A program made the position numbers and the translations under genes. The notes beneath the pieces are model-generated. The model saw only the letters and a program-made list of their open reading frames with translations. It was not told where the DNA came from and searched no databases. DNA of 64,000 bases from NCBI RefSeq assembly GCF_009914755.1, contig NC_060925.1. One strand, 5' to 3'. Source of the DNA: the human T2T-CHM13v2.0 reference genome, Homo sapiens. Below, one piece after another: positions 47,401 to 60,935 of this stretch (position 1 is its first letter; every line of letters begins with the position of its first letter).

Positions 47401-49468
47401 TGCCAGGAATCATGCCCAGCACATTATACCTATCGTGTAGAATTTGAAATTTCCAACATTCCTACAGGGTGACAGAATTATCTTGCCCATTTTAGAGATA
47501 AGAAAACTGAGAATGAGAGGGTCAGTCCTTTGCTCAGGGTCCCAGAGCCAGTGGAGGCTGTGCTGGGCTCCCTGTGAGCCTCTGGATCTATGGGTGGCAG
47601 TCAGGGCTCTCCCATTTGTGACAAAAGGAGAAGCCTCAGGCCTCATCCAGCCTGGGTTTCACAGCCCAGAACACTTTGAAAGAGGCAGAGCACTTCAGGA
47701 CCACGGATGCAGCTGGCAATAGTAGGACTGACACACAGTGGCATTGATGTTGAGTACTAAACCTGCAGGCAGTATTCATAGCCACCCCCAGAAGCTTTGC
47801 ATGATCGGACCCCCATGTGGAAAATCCTGAGATCCGGAGCTGTGGCTGGAGCTGGATTAGGGTACATATGTGGGTGCCCCTGTTGAAGCAGTGTGTGTTG
47901 AAGTGCTCTGTGCTGGGGCACTCTCCTTCTTTATCTTTCTTCCTCTCTTTTTTTCCCTCCAATGTTCCACGTCTTCCCCCTGTGAGATGAGTAGCACACT
48001 GATTTTACTCCTATTCACCGACCTTCTCCTCTGCATGAGGCAGGGTGTGAGGCACAGTGGGAGTTGCATAGATGACTGCCCCATCCTGGAAATGAGTGCA
48101 GTGAGAGGCCTGCAGGCAGAGCAGCCTGTGAGGTGTGTGTGGCACCACCTGGGTACCGGGCCTGGGGCCTGCCCCTCACTCACGGGGAACCATCCCTCAC
48201 CTGTGTTGAAGTTGTTTGAGAGCAGCAAATCCTACTTTAGTACAGATTTGGGGATTTGAGGCATTAGTCCAACAGGCTTCTGAGCCTAGAATCTGTTTCC
48301 CTTTCCCACTCCCCATCAAGAAATCTGCTTGCTCAGCTAGTTCCCATCAGCTCTGGTTCTGGTCCAGCCTGAGCAGCCTTGGGGTTATGTAAGAGGTGGT
48401 GGGAGGGGAGCGGTGGGGAACAGCCGAGGGCTGGGTCATGGAGCCTGCCTGGGCCTGGCCCTGGCCCTTTGGGGAGAGGGAGCCCTGGATCTCTTTGAAT
48501 TCTTTAGAAGTTACATGGTCATTGAATCCTGGTAAGATTGTGTGCAGCACACCTGAGTGTCATGTGGCCTGGCTAGCAGTAGTAGGGCTGGAGATGTGAT
48601 GGGGGCACAGGGACATAGGGAGATTTAGCTCAGGTACCAGGTGGAGAAGTTTGGACTTTATGCTTTAATGGGAATGATTAGAGCCTGGTCTGGCCTTCCT
48701 TTGGTGGTTCACCCTTACCCTATTCAGTTTCATCCAGGTTTTGCTAAGTCATTGGGTGAGATCTGTGCTCTCTTCTTGGCTACACAGGTGTGTTCTGAGC
48801 CCCTTTGTTCTGCTGGAGGTCCTTTCTGTGTGTGCAATCCTAGGCAAGCCAAGAACCTCCCTGTGAAAAAGGAGAATGTTTGTGCCGACAAGGAGTGACA
48901 GGATCTGGCATGGGGTGTGGCTGGGTGGAAGAGGAGGAGAATTTGGCAAAAACATGCTAGAACTGAAGACAGAACCAGGCTATATTCCAGCCCTGTCCCA
49001 CTTACTAGCTATTTGAGTGTGAGGAAGTTGCTGAACTTCTGTTCTTCTATATGAGAAACGGTGATAATAGAACTGACCATGGAGGGTAGTCGAGTGGATT
49101 TTCTAAGCCTGTGTTGTAATTTCTGTTGGATATAAAGCACCCAGCACAGTGTAGATCTTTCGTAAATGGTAGCTGTTATTATGGTATAACATTACTTAAA
49201 GGAAGTTGGAAGAGTTAACTTAGAAGAGCTGGGGACCTAAGAGACCGTGTGATGCTCCAGCACTTGAGCCCACATGGAAAGGCTGTGGCCAGGGCCCTGA
49301 CCTGCTGTGCCTGCAGCAAAGCTACTTGAGCCCTTCTAGACAGCAGACCTGGCTCTGGCCCCTTCTTCCCGCCCTCAGGGTTTGAAGAAGATCTCTGCCT
49401 ACATGAAGTCCAGCCAATTCCTCCGAGGTCTTTTGTTTGGAAAGTCAGCTACATGGAACAGCAAATAG
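44355..49468 (+). CDS. GSTM5: Glutathione S-transferase mu 5 (8 coding exons, 218 aa)
   Basis: Exons 44355-44390, 44660-44735, 45161-45225, 45526-45607, 45703-45803, 46989-47084, 47172-47282, 49379-49468, all GT-AG. Protein ...[11 protein letters not shown]...[20 protein letters not shown]...[11 protein letters not shown]...[29 protein letters not shown] is diagnostic of GSTM5. Confidence 0.97.
45851..45964 (-). pseudogene. Inverted copy of GSTM exon 5 in GSTM5 intron 5
   Basis: Reverse complement reads cagaagaggagaagattcgtgtggacattttggagaaccaggttatagacgtctccagtcagctggccggagtctgctacagacctgacttt...ccctccctggtctgg. Confidence 0.92.
45964..46051 (+). pseudogene. Direct, 5'-truncated pseudo-exon 5 with retained donor site
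   Basis: Translates [27 protein letters not shown] followed by |gtgagt. Confidence 0.9.
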
Positions 49469-50283
49469 GGCCCAGTGATGCCAGAAGATGGGAGGGAGGA
49501 GCCAACCTTGCTGCCTGCGACCCTGGAGGACAGCCTGACTCCCTGGACCTGCCTTCTTCCTTTTTCCTTCTTTCTACTCTCTTCTCTTCCCCAAGGCCTC
49601 ATTGGCTTCCTTTCTTCTAACATCATCCCTCCCCGCATCGAGGCTCTTTAAAGCTTCAGCTCCCCACTGTCCTCCATCAAAGTCCCCCTCCTAACGTCTT
49701 CCTTTCCCTGCACTAACGCCAACCTGACTGCTTTTCCTGTCAGTGCTTTTCTCTTCTTTGAGAAGCCAGACTGATCTCTGAGCTCCCTAGCACTGTCCTC
49801 AAAGACCATCTGTATGCCCTGCTCCCTTTGCTGGGTCCCTACCCCAGCTCCGTGTGATGCCCAGTAAAGCCTGAACCATGCCTGCCATGTCTTGTCTTAT
49901 TCCCTGAGGCTCCCTTGACTCAGGACTGTGCTCGAATTGTGGGTGGTTTTTTGTCTTCTGTTGTCCACAGCCAGAGCTTAGTGGATGGGTGTGTGTGTGT
50001 GTGTGTTGGGGGTGGTGATCAGGCAGGTTCATAAATTTCCTTGGTCATTTCTGCCCTCTAGCCACATCCCTCTGTTCCTCACTGTGGGGATTACTACAGA
50101 AAGGTGCTCTGTGCCAAGTTCCTCACTCATTCGCGCTCCTGTAGGCCGTCTAGAACTGGCATGGTTCAAAGAGGGGCTAGGCTGATGGGGAAGGGGGCTG
50201 AGCAGCTCCCAGGCAGACTGCCTTCTTTCACCCTGTCCTGATAGACTTCCCTGATCTAGATATCCTTCGTCATGACACTTCTC

Positions 50284-50289
50284 AATAAA
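50284..50289 (+). terminator. GSTM5 distal polyA signal (proximal AGTAAA at 49863-49868)
   Basis: AATAAA about 820 nt after the stop codon. Confidence 0.65.
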
Positions 50290-50961
50290 ACGTATCCCAC
50301 CGTATTGTAATCATGGTACTTGTTTTTCACCCAAACTCAATCATAAATTTATTGAAGAGAAAAGCCATGTCTTACTGAACTTTTTACCTCGAGTATCATT
50401 CACAGTTCCTGAAATACAGTAAATGTTTAACACATGTGAAAATTTGAAAGAATTCCCTCAAGGGAAGATTCTGCCAACCTGTACAGTCATTATTGGGATT
50501 TAGAGCTCTGGATATAGTTGTATTAACCAGAGAAGATATAGGATAACGTTCAGAAGATTTTACATGTACGTGTCTTAGAGAATGAGCCAGCAGCTCTCTG
50601 TAACTTCAGCTTTAATAGCTGCTAGCTGTCCTTTGAATAGCTTAACCTGAGATGGGGCAGCCTGGTTTGTTGGGTCACACAGTAGCAATCTGTGTGGTCA
50701 GCAGGTGTCAGTATTTTATATGAAGTCATCTGCAAAGGAGCAGGACTCATTGGATAACCATCTGATGAGCAGGTTCCTCCAACAGTGGCTGGATAGTGGA
50801 GTTGGGCCTTGGTAAGGCCCAGCCTTGAGATGTAGCCCAGAACAGGGAGATTTTGAGGAGAGTCTTGTGGGGCCATTGTCCAGATGATCACTGCCTGCAG
50901 CTGCACTTGAAAAGGGAGCAATAGGTGTAATGTTAAGGACATTAAGAAGTAAATGACTAAT

Positions 50962-51258
<297 letters not shown>

Positions 51259-51451
51259 TTTGAGCAAAGTTAGAATCTTATGAAACTGGTAAGAAAAATT
51301 AGTTGAGCCAAATATTTATGAATGCTTAACTTCAATACAGAAGGGATAAAAATAAAAAGGAAAAAGTAATAGAAGTTAGGAGTTAATACTATGATAAAAG
51401 ATAAGTAGACAGTATGAAAATATTAGACGAGTAAAATAGACATAGATCTAG

Positions 51452-51630
51452 AACAGATGTCAGCAAACACTTTTTGCAAAGGGCTGGTAGTGAACATTTT
51501 AGGCTTTGCAGGCCAATGGGCTCTGTCATAATGACTCAGCGTTATTATCATAGTGTAAAAGCAGTCATAGACAATACATAAATGAATGGTGGGACACTGC
51601 ATTCCAATGGAACTTTATTTACAAACACAG
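51452..51630. mobile_element. MER58-like DNA transposon fragment
   Basis: cagcaaac..aaagggc..attttaggctttgcaggcca..ttccaat..aactttatttaca. Confidence 0.6.
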
Positions 51631-51639
51631 ATGACTGCA

Positions 51640-52515
51640 ACAAAACAAAAACCGAACAACCTGATTCAAAAGTGGGCAAAGGATTTGAATAGACATTTCT
51701 CCAGAGAAGATATAAAAATGTCCACTAAGCACATGAAAAAATGCTCACTATGACTCATCATTAGAGAAATGCAAATCCAAACTATAACGAGATGCCACCT
51801 CACACCGGTTAGGATGGTATTGAAAAGCAGAAAATCACAAGTGCTGGTGAGAGTATGGAGATACTGGTGCACTGTTGTGCACTGTCGGTAAGAATGCAAA
51901 ATGGTACAGCCACAGTGGAAAACAGTATGGCAGTTCCTCAAAAAATTAAACATAAAATTACTATATGATGCAGCAATTCAATTTCTGAGTATACACCCAA
52001 AAGAACTGAAAGCAAGCTCTTAGAGAGATACTTGTACACCCATGTTCACAATAGTATTACACAGCTAAAATGTGGAAGCAATCCAAGTGTGCATCAACAG
52101 ATGAATGAATAAATGAAATATCATGTATACATACAAAGGAGCATTATTCAGCCTTCACAAAGAAAGGAAATTCTGACATATGCTACAACACGGGTGAGCC
52201 TTGAGGACATAATGCAAGGTGAAAGAATCCAGTCACAAAAGGACAAAAACTTTATGATCTCACTTATGTTACATAGTCAAAAAACATCTAAAGAGAAAGT
52301 AGGAAGCTGATTGTCAGTGGCTGAGAGAATAGGAAAATATTATTTTAGGTGTATAGAATTCCAGTTTTATAAGATGAAAGGAGTTATGGAGCTAGATAGC
52401 GGGGATAGTTGCATAACACTATGAATGCATTTAATGTCAGTGAATTGTTAACACGGTTAAGATGGTAATTTTGTGTTATGTGTATATTACCACAATATAA
52501 AATAATAAAACCAAA
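51640..52515 (+). mobile_element. L1 (L1MA/MB) 3' end
   Basis: Typical L1 ORF2 3' end/UTR (gaatagacatttctcc..aaatgcaaatc.aaac..ggaaaacagtatgg..cctcaaaaaattaaa) with A-rich tail. Confidence 0.85.
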
Positions 52516-54774
52516 ACAGAACAAAAAACAGCAGGTGGTGGTAGTTTTCTGATTCCTGATTTAGAAGCTCAAATTAAAAGTGCATAGTTATATTAAAGGT
52601 AAAATATTACATTTAAGATTTGAAATGTGATTATCAAAAACATTAACTCAATCCTTTAAAAAGGGGGAAGATGTGGTAAACAAAGAGAATTGCAAATGAA
52701 AATGATTTTCTAAACATTGTGGTCAAAATTATAAAAGATAAAAACATACATACATTCTAAAGTCAGAGACAGAAGTAGTATAACCTATATACCTCACACT
52801 GAGCCACCAAAAAGGATAATGTAATGGTGGCTAGTACCTAGCAGAAGTCCTGGACCGTGAGATTGTTCGGTGCCTCGTGGCAGTGCTCATACGGTGTTCA
52901 GTGCGTCTCCCCCTTCTATTAACAGAATAGAATCAGAAAATGAGATGTGCTCAGAAAACACAGCAGCCTGTGTTGGCGGCTTCTGCATTCATCTGTAATC
53001 ATCTGTTGTTAATTACAACTTCTATGCCTTATATGTACCCATTACCCTTGTATTAGCAGAAAAAGATGAAGCTGAAAGAGACCCCAAGACAGCAGCTTAT
53101 AGAAAACAGTTTATTCTCCTTTTGTGTAACAGTTCTACAGGGAAGACTCTAGGTTGTTGGGAAGCCGTCCTGCTCCATGAAGTTACTCAGGGACTCGAGC
53201 TCCTTCCATCTCGTGCCTCTGTCATTCCTTAGGGTGCTTCCTTATCTCCTTGGTTAGAGCTGTATTGCCCAAGCCAAGGAAGCGACTTCCTATTATGCAA
53301 GTGAGGCCGAAGTTGCCCACATCACAACCATTCACATTCCATTGGTGAGATTCAGTTGTGTGGCTATATCTAGTTGCAAGGATAGATGCATATTATAATG
53401 GAACAATGGATTTTGGTAGCCAGTTACATCTCTCCCACATCCAGAAAAGTAGAGATAAAGGTTAATTAAACCCAAGTTTAGGAGAAACCTTGGGTTTGAG
53501 ACAGTGTTTCAAAGCAGGTAGGATAGAGGCTAAGGTATTAAAGATAAGATCTTTATCTTCTGCTAGACCTGAGGTGGGTGGCATATCACTTAGAGTTCCT
53601 TGTTGCTAAAACAGCAAAAGAATTTATTAGCTATATCAGGTAGTTCACTGAATCCCCGGGAGGGCCAGGGAGTTGGCCTTGGAACCTGGGTAGCCAGGAA
53701 ATATGCCTAATCATATGTGGGATTATTCTAGAGAAGGCAACACAGCCATTGCTGGGCACCAACACCAGAACCCCTACCCATGACATGTGGCACTGGATAC
53801 CAGTCTCACCACTGCTGTCTCCAAAATCCTGATCCCTCCACCTCTGCCCTTCTCATAAGAAAACAAAGAAGCAGGGCTTGCTTCTTTAAAACTGAAGTCT
53901 TCCACAACTGTGTGCAATTAACAGAGTCTGGGGCAGAGGACTTCGCCTCAGCCACAAGGGAGGCTGGAAGATCAAGTGGATTAGTTCACATTAAGTTCTG
54001 CTATATATAGCCAAATAATAGCAGTGGCTTAAGTAGGACAGACTTCTATTTCTCATGTAAAAAGGTTTTTTGAGGCAGACAGTTAAGTGCTGGTAATGTC
54101 AGCTTCACAATGGCCTTAGTGACTTAGCTTGTTAACTTTATCTTCAGCATGTGGTTTCCCTTCTCCATGTCACCTCTTTGTCCAAAGTGGTTGCTAGAGT
54201 CCAACCATCACAGCTGCATTCCAAACAACAGGAGGGAAAAAGAGGAATGGGAGTTGCTCCTTCCCTTTTAAAGAAACTTCCTAGAAATAACATACATCAT
54301 TTGTGCTTATCATCATTGGTTAGAACTTAGTCACATTGGAAATGACATCTTTTGTCTGGGAAGTAATGTGCCCGGGAGAAATGAAGATTCTATGACAAAA
54401 GAAGATAGGGAGAATGGATATTGGGAAAGCAGTCTTCTACCTCAGGAAGGTGAGACTTCTAATGTGAGAAATTCCCCACCTATAGGAAGAGTGTTAAAAA
54501 GACGCAGATGAGAGATACCTGACAAAAGCATTATTTTTCTATATGTACATTTCCATTTATTACCGTAACAGTCACTACTATAAAATGCTCCTGCTTAACA
54601 TATGCAACCATGCCTTGTACAAATGAAAACACATTCACCCTCTTTCTCCTAAAACAGAAATTAAGCAAAGTGTCATTTCCTGCATCCACTTCCAAGTTTG
54701 GAATCTGTGGGTAATGTTCATATTGATATTTTGAAAACGAGAGACTAAAGTGTAAAGTTAATAACCCCCAATTT

Positions 54775-54945
54775 GGGCAGGGTGTGGTGGTACAGGCCTG
54801 CAGTCCTAACTATCCTAGAGGTTAAGGTGGGAGGATCGCTTGAGGACAGAAGTTTGCAGTGAGCTATGATTGCACCTGTGTATAATCAGTGCACTCTAGC
54901 CTGGGCAACATAGTGAGACCTCATCTCTGAAAAAAAAAAAAAAAT
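54775..54945 (+). mobile_element. Alu monomer (FAM-like)
   Basis: Single arm with polyA. Confidence 0.7.
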
Positions 54946-55609
54946 AATAAAGGACGAAAGAAAGAGTAAAAACAAACCCCAATTCACCCTCTATAAAATA
55001 ACAAATGAAATGGGAAGTGGAAAAAAGGGAAAAATTAGGTAAGCCTATATGATACAGTAGAAAACAGGCTGCACTCAGATTTGCAAATAAGCTGTTTTGC
55101 ATTTATTTACAATGCTTATAGAATGCACTTCTTTGGTGAAGGGACTCTGAAGAGATATTGCGTAATAAGACTTATATACTAAGCATTGATATGAACAACC
55201 CAAAGTCACTCCTTGGATTGGCTCTTGTCTCCATCCCTCTGTGACCCCACTCAGGTTTACTGTCATCCCACTTTGTTACCCTACATTTTTTAGGCTCATG
55301 TGGCTTGTGTGGAATGGTGAGGGAAACTCTTACTGATGACAGAGACACAGAGACAGACTGGCCACTACCACATGGTAACCTGAGACTTGGAAGCAGTGAG
55401 CGAGAGTGGTCCATTCTGATGGGTTCCGGACCAACTCTCTCTGCAAATGTTAATTGTCATACTCCTTGTAAACAGATCTGGTTTTCCACAGAGGACTCCG
55501 CCTTTTGGAATAGCCCCAACAAATCCTCTCAAAGCATATTCTGTCCAAAAGGCCCAACAGACACCCTACATTCCCTGCATACCTTTAGTTCTCTTCCAGT
55601 TGAAACATA

Positions 55610-55924
55610 ATTTTTTTTTTTTTTTTTAGACAAGGTCTTGCTCTGTCGCCCAAGCTGGAGTGCAGTAGTGCAATCATGGCTCACTGCAGCCTTGACTTCC
55701 TTGGGCTCAGGTGATCCTTCCACGTCAGCCTCCTGGGTTGCTGGGACTACAGGCACATGCCACCATGCCTGGCTAATTTTTTTTCCTGTATTTTGTAGAG
55801 ATGGGGTTTTGCCATGTTGCCCAGGCTGGTCTTGAACTCCTGGGCTCAAGTGATTTGCCTGCCTCTGCCTCCCTCCACCTCCCAAAATGCTGGGATTACA
55901 TGCATAAGCCACTGCGTGCGGCCT
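55610..55924 (-). mobile_element. AluJ-like element
   Basis: Reverse Alu with TSD TGAAACATAATTTT. Confidence 0.88.
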
Positions 55925-56809
55925 GAAACATAATTTTGGAAAGAAGCAGATAGGGTCTTGGTCACAGTTCAAAAAGAGTATCTGTTAATATAATTGAAAG
56001 TGTTGTACTACAGAAGATAAAGTACAGGCCTATTTAATAATTCTAATTTTCCTTCAAACTTCCAATACAACATGAACATTATTAGCTGGTGTGTTCTATT
56101 CCTATTATTTTGCATCATGGAAAACATCTCCTGCGAACACTAGGTTGGCCCGCTGTCTCCAAGTCAGGCCACACAGAAGCACCTATTCATTTAAAATTCA
56201 AATATACCCACACCCATTTAATCTTTTCTTCCAGATTTAAGTCTCACGTGTCAGTTATCTGTAATTATTTCCATTGTAAACCCCATAAGAACATTAAGAG
56301 CCAATCCCTGTTAGTTTTCAGAAATGTTTCATTTCAATTTGGCCTAAGCAAGGAAGAAATAAGCCAGACCATGAACTTGTAAACCCAGAAAATCTGGGAG
56401 AGGTCCAAGTTAAATCAGAAAGTTTATTTTGCCAAGGTGGAGGATGTGGCCATGACACGGTCTCAGAAAGTCCTTGACAACATGTCCCCAAGATGGTCGG
56501 GGCACAGCTTGGTTTGTAAATATATATAAAAGCTATGGCTTATCAATATATGTAAAAAGCACATTGGTTCCATCCAGAAAGGCTGGACAACTCGAAGCAG
56601 GTGGGTGCTTCAAGTTGTCCCACCTTTCCAGACCAAACCAATGTAGTTCTTTATACATATTAATTGATGTTTCATGTCTGTCTAAAATGTATAAAATCAA
56701 GCTGTGCCCTGAACACCTGCGGCACATGTTGTCAGGACATCCTGAGGCTGTGCCACCGGTATTCATCCTCAACCTTGGCAAAACAAACTTTCTAAATTAA
56801 CTGAGACCT

Positions 56810-57355
<546 letters not shown>

Positions 57356-57659
57356 TCAGATAAGACTGTTTTAAAGCTGAGCTCAGCCATGGATTTGTGC
57401 CATTAAATACCTATGAGTTGGGTGATCCTCTCCCCTTGAGGTTCCAAAGTAAACTTGGGGCTCCTGGGCCTGTCAGAAAGTGACATTCTTTACCTACCAC
57501 AGGTGGACAAAACTATGAGTCCAGTTTCCCAAGTGGCTTTATTGGCTCCATAAATCAAGTTTGATTCCTTAAAGGAAAGCATACCATTCAAGTTAAAGCT
57601 TTGGTAAAATAACCAGTTTCTCCAACTGTGTCCTGTTACAAATGAAAACAGATTATTAT

Positions 57660-59320
57660 TGTGTTGGGAACCGAAAGCCTGAGGGTTGTGACCCACTCAG
57701 CATTCCACTGAAGGCTATATGATCAAACAGCAAACTGTTTATCATGAATACAGAATGTGAGCAAACTTGCATCTGTGCCTGCCGCCAGAAGGTATGCTGA
57801 GAGTAATCACTCCCTGGTGCCGTGCTCCTTGAGGTTATCTACTGGGACATCTGGAGCCTACTGTTCAAATAATGCAGTCATGCAGACCTGCACTAAGTCA
57901 AGCAGCTGACCACAACCATCCCCTTCTCCCTATCTCCTTTACTCAATAAATATGAAGGACTCTAAAAGCTCAGGGCCCTTGTTCACTAGAAGCAAGGAGT
58001 CCCCTGACCCCCTTCTTCAAAACATACTCTTCAGTCTTTGTCTTTATTCCCGCCTTGGTCCTCCTTTGTTCAGTCCAGCAAGGTCCACAGCAAAGTGCTG
58101 CCCGAAAACAGGGTCTTGAGGACATGAACAAAGAAGGTCTGCTGGAGCAGAGGAAGTGAAATTGACCAGATGAACAGGGACCCTGGGATGAATCTGCTGG
58201 CAGTGGATATAAGGTCAGTGCTCTAAAGAAGTACTGGGAATGGGAATTTTCTGAATCAGGGTAACATGGGGCAGAATTTGTCTCTTGAAGAAAAACATTA
58301 TGTGCAGTTGCTTAAAGTTCTGTTGAAATAGCCTGGGGCTCAAGTTAATTCGCAAACATTAACTAAGCTTCTGCAGGAGGTTATTATGCATAACCCATGG
58401 TTTCTGCAGGCAGGCAATCTTGATGTGGAAAATTGGGACAGAATAGGAGAAGGATTGAAACGGGCTCATCAAAAAGGTCTTAAAGTAGACCCTTCTGTTT
58501 TTTCTGCCTGGGGTTTGGTTTGCACAATCCTACTGCTGCTGTCTCCTTCTAATTCTGTCGGACAACAGGAGTCAGGTTCTGAGTCTCAAGAATTAAAAAG
58601 ATTATTTATTCCTCTGACAGCGCCTATTGAAAATAATGAGCAGGAGAAAGGGGAGGAGATTTGGCCACTTGCTACGCAGGAAAAAGGAGAGGAGAACTGG
58701 CCTCCGCCACCCCCTCCAATAACAGAAGCAGAAACCCCCATATAAAAAATGTTGCGTGCTGCTGCTATGGCTGGTGAACCTTTAGGACCTTGCGCTTTTC
58801 CTATTACTATAAGGCCTGATCTGAATGACCTACAACATCTTTTACATGAACACACTCTTGTAGAGTTTAAATTATAAAAGAATTAAAAGCTAGCGTGGTT
58901 AATAATAGAGGGCAAAGCCCATTTACTATAGGGCTGTTAGAATCAGTGTTTGGAGCCATGTGCCTTCCACCCTTTGATATAAAACATTTGGCTCACACTC
59001 GCTTATCCGCCAGTGCGTATCTGACATGGAGTTTAAATTGGCAAGAAATGTGAGCAGACCAGGCTAGGCAGAATTGCACCGCTGGTCAAGGACACATTAC
59101 AGAGGAAATGCTAACATGTAGTGGCCCCTTTTCAGATCTGGTATAACAATTAACACTCCCAGAGGCCACTTACCACCAGTCTGCCTTAGCCACCAAATGT
59201 GTCTGGAGCACAATTCCTGAAGAGAGAGTTCCAGTGCAGACTTTTCCACATGTTATGCAGGGATCACGGGAGCCTTATGCACAATTTATCGCGTGGCTGC
59301 AAGAGGCAGTGCAGTGTCAG
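57660..59320 (+). mobile_element. HERV-K (probably HML-6/LTR3) 5' LTR, PBS and truncated gag
   Basis: LTR about 57660-58092 with AATAAA; PBS resembling tRNA-Lys3 (gctgcccgaaaacaggg); gag ATG at 58266 MGQNLSLEEKHYVQLLKVLL, then HNPWF..GNLDVENWDRIG. Confidence 0.78.
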
Positions 59321-59749
59321 AACAGGAGGACAGGGGATTGATCTCCCAAGGGAGGTCCCCCGATCCAAGTCACGGCACCTAATGTCATGCGCATCCATGT
59401 GAGGAGACCACTAAACAGGCTTTGTGTGAGCAATAAAGCTTTTTAATCGCCTGGGTGCAGGTGGGCTGAGTCTGAAAAGAGAGTCAGCAAAGGGAGTTTT
59501 GGGGGGGGCAGTTTTATAGGATTTGGGTAGGTAGTGGAAAATTACAGTCAAAGGGGGTTGTTCGCCTGTAGGCAGGGGCGGGAGTCACAAGGTGCTCAGT
59601 GGGGGAGCTTCTGAGCCAGGAAAAGGAATTTCACAAGGTAATGTCATCAGTTGAGGCAGGAACCAGCCATTTTCACTTCTTTTATGGTTCTTCAGTTGCC
59701 TCAGGCCCTCTGGATGTATATGTGCAGGCTTGGGCTCAGAGGCCTGACA
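59320..59749 (-). mobile_element. HERV-H LTR7 (59383-59749) with PBS-His and short leader
   Basis: Minus strand starts TGTCAGGCCTCTGAGCCCAAGC; GGTGCCGTGACTTGGATCGGGG (His PBS-like) follows the LTR. Confidence 0.85.
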
Positions 59750-60528
59750 GTTTAGATAACTAAATGTATATCATAAGGTACAAATAGAATGTCTGGTGAG
59801 CTAGAGGGAAATTAAAAATGGATTTATTTGCCAATTGAACATAAAATTATAGAAATTTATCATTGGATTGTCTAAGGAGACCAATTTTATTTAGATAGGA
59901 ACTACCTATTTTTTTAACTGGATCTCTGAGTTCTGGGTAGAACCCACAATGAATCCTGGGTCTCCAAAAATGGAGAATTATTATGAGGCTAGAACATATG
60001 ATGCTTTTACAGTGCACTTAAAATTTTTTTTTTAAACAAAGACATGTCTAAGTGTCTAAACTACATTCTTCCTTAACTCAAGAGTAGCCTCTGTTGCAAT
60101 AAATATTTTAGTTAAAAAATCAGGTGAAAACAGAATTCAGTCAACTCAGAAGAAAAAAAACTTTTGCTCAAAAAAATACAAGGTTCTAGAAGAGAAAAAC
60201 AAAAACAAAAAGGCCTTTTAAATACGAATACGCACTTATGCACACACACATATCTTGGATGATAGCTTTTAATTAAGCTGACATTTAACCATTGAGCTCC
60301 TTTTTAAAAAAATATTTTTAAATCTCATTACTATATTTCAGCTAAGACAAATTGCTGCTATTTCAGAAGTACCAAGTATCAAACCAGCAAGGGCTTGATT
60401 TAGGAACCAAACGTGTCATAGTAGAAAAAAAGAAGGCAGAACCTTAGCTATTGAACTGCAGTGTGGGGGGCCAGCCAATGCTTTCAATTTGGTCTGGCTG
60501 GCAAAAAGGTGGCCTTGTTACATTATAA

Positions 60529-60935
<407 letters not shown>

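Noticed and set aside
52900-54450. Possible old MLT1 LTR fragments (also about 50560-50930 and 62950-63300)
   Set aside because: Too diverged to bound or name by eye
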